DNA from: Piromyces finnis finn
Taxonomy: Eukaryota; Fungi; Neocallimastigomycota
Assembly: GCA_002104945.1 (NCBI GenBank)
Contig: MCFH01000079.1
Coordinates: 140,154-204,153 of the forward strand
Direction: 5' to 3'
Length of the DNA: 64,000 nt
The position numbers were made by a program, and so were the translations under genes. The first letter of the stretch is position 1. The number at the start of each line of letters is the position of its first letter. Below, piece by piece: positions 42,113-51,904 of this stretch. The notes under the pieces are model-generated. The model did no database searches, was not told the DNA's origin, and was given only the letters and a program-made list of their open reading frames with translations.

Positions 42113-43419
42113 CCATTTTTATAATGACTTTTTTAAAAAAATTATAGATAAATTTTTTCATCTCTTACAGGATAACTAAATTTTCCAAGTTTCCAATAGA
42201 TTCAGGGATATAACCAGTTAATTTATTATTACCTAAATATCTATTGAATGAATTGGTATCATTGATAATAAAATAATTCCAAATATATATATATATATAT
42301 ATAATATAAAAATATTAATCATGGATTGTCCTTTTTTTTTATATTTAAAAAAAAAATATAGTTTTTTTTTATTATGAAGATTATCTTATTTACAAATTAA
42401 CTAATTTTTTTAAATTTCCAATAGAAGAAGGAATTTCTCCAGTGAGACGATTAATATTTAAATCTCTATAAGGATAGAAAAAAAATCAGTAATTAGTTTT
42501 TCCTTTGCTTAATCAAACTTTGATTATTTGTGTAAAAGTTAAAAATTATTAAAAATTTTTTGATAGTATTACAATTCAACTAAATTTTCTAAATTTCCAA
42601 TGGATTCAGGAATGGAACCAGATAAATAGTTATTACCTAAATTTCTATAGAATTGATTTATTATATATATATATATATTTTTTTTTTTACATTTATAATA
42701 ACAATAATATGAAAAAAAAGATATTATTATTATAGTACATATAAAATATATATATATATATTATTATTAACATGATAATAATTAGCTTTCATTACAAATT
42801 AACTAAATTTTTTAAATTTCCAATAGAAGAAGGAATTTCACCAGTTAAATCATTATCACTTAAATTTCTATATTATTTTGGTAAATAGATTATAAAAGCA
42901 TTAATTTAATATAAAAACATATATATATTTTTTTTATAATAATACATTAAATAAGAAAAAAAAAGAGACTTTACAAAATTTTTAAATTTGATAAATTTCC
43001 AATGGTAGAAGGAATACTTCCTTTTAAGGATTGGAGAGTTATTACTCTAAAAGATAGTAATAATAATAAAATATAAAAATTAATATTTTTTTTTATTTCT
43101 ATAATAATAATACTAATGCTACTTCTACGACTACTACTACTACTACTACTATCACTACTATTAATAATGCTAATAATAAAATAGGATAAAATAGGATATA
43201 CTACATTTCTTCTATAGAACTCTTATCTTCTGAACATTTAATATAGGCATGCTTATTACTATATTCACAACAATCATAGTCAGCTCCTTGTCCTAATAAA
43301 CTATTTATGTATTTACATTCTTCACCTACTTCTACACGTTTTAATAGTCTACCAATACTATAGCCAAATGTAGTATAGGTAACGGCTAAAAAGATACCGA
43401 ATAAATTAAATAATTTCAT
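40277..43419 (-). CDS. Secreted LRR + 5 x CBM18 (chitin-binding, hevein-like) protein; exons 43419-43205, 43046-42975, 42867-42796, 42644-42573, 42465-42394, 42240-42169, 42037-41966, 41852-41781, 41632-41561, 41441-41367, 41220-41167, a short linker exon ending at 41073 (start uncertain), 40985-40277
   Basis: Signal peptide + KR site + Cys cap (EECKYIN...DCC...IKC). Nine LRR exons of consensus LxLxxNxLTGxIPxSIGNLxxLxxL. The last exon encodes five repeats of CGSGWGSCPxGQCCSKKGYCGTSGAYCSANLGCQKEYGKC. All introns are GT-AG, phase 2. No TM segment seen. Confidence 0.9.
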
Positions 43420-43865
43420 GATACTGTTTATTTTTAATTAATTTTAATATTGAATTAATTTTCTTTTATCTGTCCTTTTCTTCTTCTTTTCAATAAAATT
43501 TTAAAAAAGTAGATATAATATATATTTTTTAAAAAAAAAGGAAAGAAAGTAATGTAATTTTTTTTTTTAAAAAATAATCTTAAATATATATACTTTTTTA
43601 AGAAATTAAACTTTAATTATACATTAATTAAATATAAATTATAGTTTATATATATATATATATATAAAAGAAATATTAAAAATGGGTTGAACCTTTTTTT
43701 ATTATTTTTATAATATATATATTTTTTCCTAAATCATCTTTTATATTTTACCTTTTTTTTTTTTTATAATATTATAAAAATACTTTTATTTTTAATCTTG
43801 ACTATTATAATGATGATGGTGTGATGACCTTTTCTAAACTTTTTTTTTATATATAAAAACAAAAA

Positions 43866-44108
43866 CTAACCGGGATCAAAAATAAAGTTTTTTTTTTGTT
43901 GGCATTTTTTGTACTACACTACTAGTCGTTAAAATAACAATAAAAATTTATTGCATTAACCGCCATCAAATTTAATTTTTAACTTTATACGAAATGAAAA
44001 TGTATTATGCACTTCTCTACCTATAGAATTAAAAAAAAAAAAAAAAATAGTATTATTGTCATCATCATGACAATGAATAAAAAAAACTTTATTTTTGATC
44101 CCGGTTAG
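43866..44108. mobile_element. MITE-like element (~240 bp) with ~29-bp perfect terminal inverted repeats, possible TA target-site duplication
   Basis: ctaaccgggatcaaaaataaagttttttt at 43866 has its exact reverse complement ending at 44108. TA lies at 43867-68 and 44106-07. No internal ORF. Confidence 0.7.
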
Positions 44109-46289
44109 CATTTATCTATTTATTTATAGTTTTTAATTAAAATCAATATTATTGGTTAGAACGGTTAAGTGGTAGATACATTTAGATAATTTCTTTAACT
44201 TTTTTTTTTTTTTTTGAATTATAAAGTCTTTTTTTATGAAAAATTAAAAAATAAAAAATAAAAACAATAATAAAAATAATAGTAATACTAGTGTTATAAT
44301 AATTATATATATTAACCAATAAAAAATTTTTAATATAATAGTGTAATTAAAAATTATGTGTTTTAAAGTACAACTAAAAAAAAAAAATGTTCAATTGTAC
44401 ATATATAGGTTTATTTTATAGGGTGTAGTTATGTATTGTGTTAAGTAGGTTTTAGCTATTTGATACATTTCGGATAGAATTATTTTATAATAAAAACATT
44501 TTTTAAATTATATTAATATAGTAAAATATTAACTTTTACATATATATTTTTTCTTCATAAAGTTTAAAATTGTACGAAAAATTTTTTTTTTTTTTTAACT
44601 TAAAAAGTAAATTTAATTTATCCCATTTTATTAAAAAAAAAAAGAAAAGCAACATATTTTGAAGATTGGTATAAAACATTTTAATTTATTACAAAAAAGG
44701 CTAAAGTATCATTAATTCTATCTACATAAAACAAAGATATAATTCTTTGTATATAAAAAAAATGTAAAGGAGAATGGGTAAACTTTTTTTAATAAAAAGA
44801 CTTAAATAGTATTATTTGTATAGCTAAAATATTAATTATTTTCAAAATGAGAAAAGAGAAAATTATTACTTTTAAACCTACTGGTCTCTATACTATTTAA
44901 TATTTTTTTTTAATTTTAAGGAATTAAAATAACAGAAAAAAAATCTATAAATTATTATTACTTTTTTTTATGATATTCATATTGAAATTCTTTAATTAAG
45001 ATTTTTCATAATACTATTAAAAATGGTTGAAAAAAAAAAAAAGTATATCTTTAATTAATTTATTAGTATTATCTATCTATAGTGTATTTATTACTATTTT
45101 AGCTTTTTTTTTTTATTTAATTAAATAAATGAATGTATCTAAATATATTAATAGCATTGTAGTAGTGAAAAATTAGAAAAAAAAAAACTATCCTTATTAT
45201 AATGTAAAAAATACTTTAATTTTTTTTTATAAAGAATACTTTTTCTAAATACACACATACATACATACACATAGAGTATTGGTATTATCCTTGTTACTAT
45301 TATTTTCTTTTTTTTTTTTTAAAAAAAGAAATATCTACCAAAAATTCAACCAATATTTTTTGTCTACATTTTTTTTTTACTTTTTAATTAAAAAAAAAAA
45401 AAAAAAAAAAGCTTTTTTAACTTTTTTAATTAAAATAAAATATTTATATAAAAAAAAAAAAAACGTAGTGATTAAGTTGAAAATGGGGGTAGATGATCCA
45501 TACAATGTAATCTTTTTTTTTTAAATAATGTAGACAAAAAAAAAACTATTGTAATAAAGTGAAAAAATGTCACCCACTTTATTGGTAAAAGTAAAAAAAA
45601 AAAAAAAAAACTTTTAATAATAATTCTTTTTTTTTTAATTTAAACAATTTTATTATTTTATTTTATTATTTTTCATTTTCTTATATATAAAGGAATAATG
45701 AATAAAAAGAGTATGTGTATACTTTCACCTCTTTCACTCATTATTATTTCATTTTCATCTTTATTATTTTAATTATTATATATATATATATATTTATAAA
45801 AAAAAAAACTTAAAGTATCTTTTTAATTTCATTATATTGAAACTATCTTAATTTTTTCTTTTTCTTTTTTCTTTTTTTTTTTATCTTATTAAATTTCTTT
45901 CTTTTTTTTTTTTTTGTTTTATGAATTCATAATCCTGATTATTTAGAGGTTATTAAAAAAAACAAATCACTTTTTTTAATATACATTTCTTTATCTTTTA
46001 TTTATTATGTTGTTTAAAATAAATAAAAAAAAAAAAATAAAATAAAATGGGCCTATGTATTCATAAATAGATATTTATATATTATATATTATTTTGTATA
46101 GGGTAATTAAAAATTTAAGAGATAAAAAAAAAAAAAGAATTGATTCATTTTATGAACGTTCAAGGTAGAAAATGTATCAATAATTTTTCAAAGGGCTAAG
46201 AAGAAAAAAACAAAATTTATGTATAAAAATATATATATAGAAAGGTGATAAGAATGATAAAATGATGATAATGATTTTCTTCCCTCTTA

Positions 46290-47435
46290 TTAAGCACTAA
46301 ATACAGGAGTTCTTATTTGAGATTGTTTTCTTTTTTCGTCATTACTTCTACTACGAATACACAAAACGATTATGAAAACTACAACAAATGCTAAGAAACC
46401 AATCAAGATATAAATATATATCATTTTATTTGGTATATAATAGTCATAGATATAGTTAGTATTTTTCTCAATAGGACAATTATAGGCTTCTTCAGCAACT
46501 TCCGGGAAGGTAAAATCGGTTGAATCTTCGACAACTAAATAATCCAAAATTCTATGTTCCTCCGATTGAGAATAAAGAATGTTAAAATTATTTTTTGAAA
46601 TTTGAGAATTTTTACCAATTAAAAAATAGTCGTATTTTTTATTATTATCATTACCAGATTTAAATTCCATTCCATTAATTTTTGGGTCATCATAGGTGAC
46701 ATCCATAGCATACCATAAACCATCCTCCATTTGAACCAAATTCCATTCATGTGTTTTACTACTGACAATGACACTGGGTATTCCTACTAATTGACAAATA
46801 TAGGTGAAGGCTTCAGCATATCCTTCACAAACACTTGCATGCTCAACTAAAGCACCGTATAAATTATACAAACTATACTCTTCTCCGTTTTGGTAGACAA
46901 CATTTTTAATTAAATAATCATGAATTTGTTGTAATTTATGACAAGTGGAGGGTTGTTTTTTCACATTTTCAATTAAACCACTAATATTTTTATTAACTTT
47001 ATCTAACATACCAACCAATTCTTCTTCTTCATAGCTACGTTTAAAAGAAATTTTTATTTTTTGAATGACATTATCTAACGTGGTAATCGACTGTTGATTT
47101 CCACGACCAACCCAAAAATATTTTGGATTATCCATAACAAAGGCACTTGTTACTCTTAAACCTGCATGTGAAGCATCATTTGCATCGTTTAACTCAACAT
47201 TAGAGATAGTAAAATCGTATAATGGGTGTCCGGTTTCCAAACCCTCTTCTAATTGTTCTTTTAATTTATCATATATAATTTTTTCATAACTATGTAATTG
47301 GTTGTAATAATAATATAAAGATGATTGTTGGTCATTTTCTCTTTTTTGAATGGTGGTGTTATATGTAATAGAATAAGAAAATATTGTATAGAATACAAAT
47401 CCTGATAATATGATAAAGTGATTAAAAAATTTCAT
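46290..47435 (-). CDS. Intronless transglutaminase-like (TGc/papain-fold) type I membrane protein, 381 aa
   Basis: Signal peptide + KR, HDYLIKNVVY, SVCEGYAEAF (Cys), THEWNLV (His), WYAMDVTYDDP (Asp), then a C-terminal hydrophobic helix IYIYILIGFLAFVVVFIIVLCI and a basic tail. Confidence 0.88.
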   Translation of the reverse strand: MKFFNHFIILSGFVFYTIFSYSITYNTTIQKRENDQQSSLYYYYNQLHSYEKIIYDKLKEQLEEGLETGHPLYDFTISNVELNDANDASHAGLRVTSAFVMDNPKYFWVGRGNQQSITTLDNVIQKIKISFKRSYEEEELVGMLDKVNKNISGLIENVKKQPSTCHKLQQIHDYLIKNVVYQNGEEYSLYNLYGALVEHASVCEGYAEAFTYICQLVGIPSVIVSSKTHEWNLVQMEDGLWYAMDVTYDDPKINGMEFKSGNDNNKKYDYFLIGKNSQISKNNFNILYSQSEEHRILDYLVVEDSTDFTFPEVAEEAYNCPIEKNTNYIYDYYIPNKMIYIYILIGFLAFVVVFIIVLCIRSRSNDEKRKQSQIRTPVFSA

Positions 47436-48826
47436 TTTCGAAAAAAAATTTTATATTAATATAACAATAATGTGGATAAAAAAATATTTATGGTATTATT
47501 ATTCCTTTTTTTTTTTTTTTCCAAAAGAGTAATTGGTATTATTATTATTATGTATTTATATATGTATACTCTTAGAGTAGGTATAAAATGTATATTAGGG
47601 TATGACAATATTATGACAATATTTTGATTTTGTTTAAAATTTCAATATATTTATGTATTATTTATATATAGATTGGATATAAGTTTGTATTTAATGATGA
47701 AAGTATATATATATTTGAATGCAAGTCTGTAATTTGTGATAAATGTCGAAAAAAAAAAATAAGAATTTGCCAATAATAAATACTTATTGATTAATGAGTT
47801 TGAAAGTATTATTTTAAACTTTTATAAAAGTATAAATATATACAATGGCATAAGTATTTTTTTTTTTTTTTTATTTTAAATATATATTTATATTTGAAAC
47901 TTTATTTTTTTGCTAAATATATTATAAATATTTAGCTAATATTGTTTTTCTGAAAGTCTAAAAGTAAAATACCTTTATATATATATTTATTTAAAAAAAA
48001 ATATCAAATTATGTATAATTATATATATTGCAATGTTTTATATATTTTTTAAAACTTTATGTTTTGTAATGAACTTTTTTTTTTTTTTTTAACAATTGCT
48101 TATCGATTTTTTTGATTATTGGAGGATAATCTTTTTTTTTTTTTTTTTTTAAATAACTTTTAATACAAAAAAAAAAAAAAAGAGTTAAAGTTAATTTTTC
48201 TTTCTTTTAGTATTTATTTTTTCTTTTCTTTTCTTAATAGAAGTAGCTTCTGTTAAAACAATTTAGATTAAGAAAATTCTTTTAACTATTTTTAAAGTAA
48301 TTTGAAGAAATGAATATAAATTTATAAAGTTCTTTTTTTTTTTTTTTGTAATATTTTAATGAATAGATAAAACAATTAATAAAAAAAAAGAGGGAATTTT
48401 ACAAAATAATAGTAATTGATTTTCTTAATTTGTGTAAATGAAAAGAAAATCAATTAATTTTTTATTTTAAAATTTAATATATCAAATAAAAACGTTAATT
48501 TTTTAAAAGAAAAAGTTCATATAATCTTATAATATAGTTTGTTAAAAATAAATAAAATTCCGTTTAGATTTAACTTTTTTTTTTTTTTCCTTCTTTTATT
48601 GTTATGTTTCAAAGAAAAAAAAAAATTCAGAATTTATTGACAGCTGCCACTTTTTTTCATTTATCTTTATTTTTTTTTTAATTTATAATAATAATAAATA
48701 ATAAAAAAAAAAAAAATTTTTTTAATATACCCAAAAAAAAAAAAAAAGAATTTGAAACAACAACAAACCAAAAAAATTAACAACCACTCCAATTCATGAT
48801 TAATTAGTTATTTTAAGGAATATTAA

Positions 48827-50404
48827 AATAGATAAACACATAAACACACACATAAAAAGAATACTTTTTATAATCCTTAACTTTTTTTTTTTTTATCATT
48901 AAATATTATATTCTTTCTACCATTTTATTATTCTTTTTAACTATAAAAAAATAAAGTTTATTTTTTTAATATTAAATAAAAATCTACCAATAAGCATTAA
49001 ATTTATAAAATCATACCACCTTTCCAAAATTTTATTGCTTTATTAAATATTAAGAATGAAAAGAAAAAGGTATTTGTGTTGTAAGAGGTGAAATTGAATA
49101 CTTATAAATAATCAAAGCCTTCAATAGACCAAATAATTAGTTATAATAATAATAATAATGATAATAATAATAAAAAAAAGTTTCTCTTTCAATCAACTAG
49201 AAAAAAAAACCAAAACTTTTTAATTTAAATTTTATTAAACTTTAATATAAAATAAGCCTTTTTTATTGGTCTCACAATTTAAGATCAATAAATTTTATTA
49301 TATTTAATTTTGGTTAAATTAAATAGTGGAAGCAGATGTTTCTTTAAATTTTCTATTTATAAAAGTAAATGAATGAATAAATACAGAAATAAATAATTTT
49401 TATATTTAATTATCAATGAATAAACAATATTTTAAATAAAATGAATCGCTTAGACCTTACATTTCTTTTATGTGGATATTCTATCAGAGAATTAGGTATT
49501 AACTAAAAAAGCATGTTATTTTTTTTTCAATATTAAAAACTTTGAGAAAAAAAATTATATAAAGGATGTATATAATAATAGGAAAGATGAATTCATAATA
49601 ATGGATATATATAATATTTATTCCTTTTAACAAATCAAATATTGGATTTTTTAAAATCAATAACATATAACATTTTATATATAGGACAATTTTTATTTTT
49701 CTGTTACATTAGTGTTAGATTCTGGCTATTTCTATCATTTTTTTCCTATTGATATAAAAAAAATTAATGCTTTATTAAAGATGCATAAAAAAAAAGGGAT
49801 AGAAAAATTTGTATTTAAACTATTTCTATTTTTACATTTAAAATTATTAAATTCATACTTTTTTTTTTTATAAAAATTACCCTTGATAACCATAATTTAT
49901 TTACTAATCATTGGTTCAAAAAATTTCTCATAACTTTCTTAATTTTATTCCAAAAAAAAAAATAGTTTTTCTGTTACATAAATCACAAAGGATATAAGAT
50001 AAACCTTTGTATTTTTATCCTAATATTTTTTTTAATTGAACAAGTTCTGAAATAATTAAGAATGATCTTTTTATCATTTTTTTTAATTATAAACTAATAT
50101 TTTTTTTTTTTAAAAAAAAAAAGATAATGCTTTTATATTTTTCTTCTTCAGACAGACAGACAGCAGACCATTCAACCCTTTTCTAAATAAAATCTAAATA
50201 ATTTTGTTATTTAAAATAAAGGATTGATTTAATAAACTTCTTATTTAACTTTTTCAAAAAAAAAAAAAAAAAAAATTAAATGAGTTTTATACCTTTTTTT
50301 CTATCTTTATTATGATTGGCTTTTATCTATTTTTTTTTTAAAAAAAATTTTAAAAATTAAAAAAGTATTATTTTTATGTGTGTGTGTTTATGTGTTTATC
50401 TATT
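48827..50404. mobile_element. ~1.58-kb segment bounded by ~43-bp inverted repeats; candidate non-autonomous DNA transposon
   Basis: aatagataaacacataaacacacacataaaaagaatacttttt (48827-48869) matches the reverse complement of 50360-50404 with one mismatch and one extra TG. No ORF inside. Confidence 0.5.
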
Positions 50405-51338
50405 GCAGCATACATAATGTAAAAAAGTATCGTTATTTTTATTGTCTCTATTGCTGTTTAATAAAAAAAAAAGTTGTATTTCTAAATTTAGATACTTGAT
50501 AATAATGTACCAAAAAAAAAAAAAATAAAAATTTAGATATTTTTTTTTTATGATATCAACAATATCAAAACCGTTTTTAACTTTATAATAAAAAAAAAAA
50601 AGTATACTAAATAGACTTTATGACTTGAAAGTAATTCATTTAGTCCTTTATTAATGAATATTTTGTCTAATCCTTTCTAGACAAAATACTAGTTTTATTG
50701 GATAGTTTATAACTAGGGAGAGAGATAAAATGATACAAAAATTGATATTCATTAAAATAATATCCACTCTTAATACTAATATTACTATTAAATGATTAGT
50801 ATTACCTTTTTTTTTAAATAAACCAATACAAAATACTTTGATAAAATATTAAACTGTGGTTTAAACAATTTTCAAAAGTATTTTAATATATTCTATATTG
50901 TCCTTTTTACATATAAAAATAACAATAATAATAGTAAAAAAGATTATCTCATGTTATAGATAATATTGTATGCTTTTCAAAATAATAAAGACCTAATGTA
51001 TTATGTATATATAAGTTAATTATAATAATGTCTAATTATTATTAAGGTATTTTTCATCCCTGATAAGGTTAAAATGGAGGATACATACATGTTCAAAAAG
51101 GTTTAGAAATTTGTCAATAATAAAAAAAAGAATCCCTCGATATTTTTATTTAATGGTTATATAGGTGAATATTTATTATTCTATAGGTATTTATTCAAAA
51201 AAAACGGATTTATTTTTGAATTTAAAAAAAAAAAGTTTACAAATATAAAAAAAATAATAATAATAACTAGTTATTTTAAGGAATAATATATTTAGCTCAT
51301 TAATAAATAGTAAAAAAAATTTTTCCCTATTATTATTA

Positions 51339-51339
51339 T

Positions 51340-51394
<55 letters not shown>

Positions 51395-51904
51395 CTTCCA
51401 TATATCCTCATCTAACCCCCCTGAGTTATATATGGTATGTGATTGTACATTGCCATATCAGAACGACGTCGGCACAATCATCCCTCTGGGCAGGGCTAAT
51501 ATGGAATGGCTTATTGCTCTTAACGATCCTATCACACAAAGACCGAGCTACCAACACCAGTGATCTCCTGAACCTTTATTGGCGAAGGATGATTAACGAT
51601 GAGAACAACCCTCAAAGACCATAGTTAGTAATCTGTGAATTAATTGATACCCCTTCCTACATATACTCTAAACTTCAGTGGGAAAACCGCTTGATACGGA
51701 GAAAACTACCAATCTGAATTAACTGCTTAGGGTAGAGTCCGGTGGTATAGTTATACTTACCTGAATTGACCTTTAACCCCTATACTTTAAGCGCAAACCT
51801 GAAACAGGAAAATCGCTAAAGAACTGTCAATGGCGGGGGTCGAACCAGAAGCCTTATGAATGCTAAGCGGGGGTCTTAACAACCAGGATAGAAACTGGAA
51901 CGAC
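51339..51904 (-). mobile_element. tRNA-Ala-derived SINE with poly(A) tail and 17-bp target-site duplication
   Basis: Minus-strand 79-nt head (51904-51826) has a B box GGTTCGACCCC, anticodon loop TTAGCAT (Ala-AGC) and a partial acceptor stem. It is followed by a ~430-bp GC-rich body and an A-tail of ~50 nt (T run 51342-51391). TSD tttccctattattatta at 51322-51338 and 51905-51921. Confidence 0.88.

Noticed and set aside
51439-51624. 61-aa plus-strand ORF
   Set aside because: Antisense to the SINE body; a chance ORF in GC-rich sequence with no protein-like features.
51753-51830. ATACTTACCTG resembling the U1 snRNA 5' end
   Set aside because: No U1-70K loop (GATCACGAAG), U1A loop (ATTGCAC) or Sm site follows, and it lies inside the SINE.
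51826-51904. Functional tRNA-Ala gene
   Set aside because: The anticodon and T stems do not pair. It is joined to a body, poly(A) tail and TSD, so it is a SINE head.
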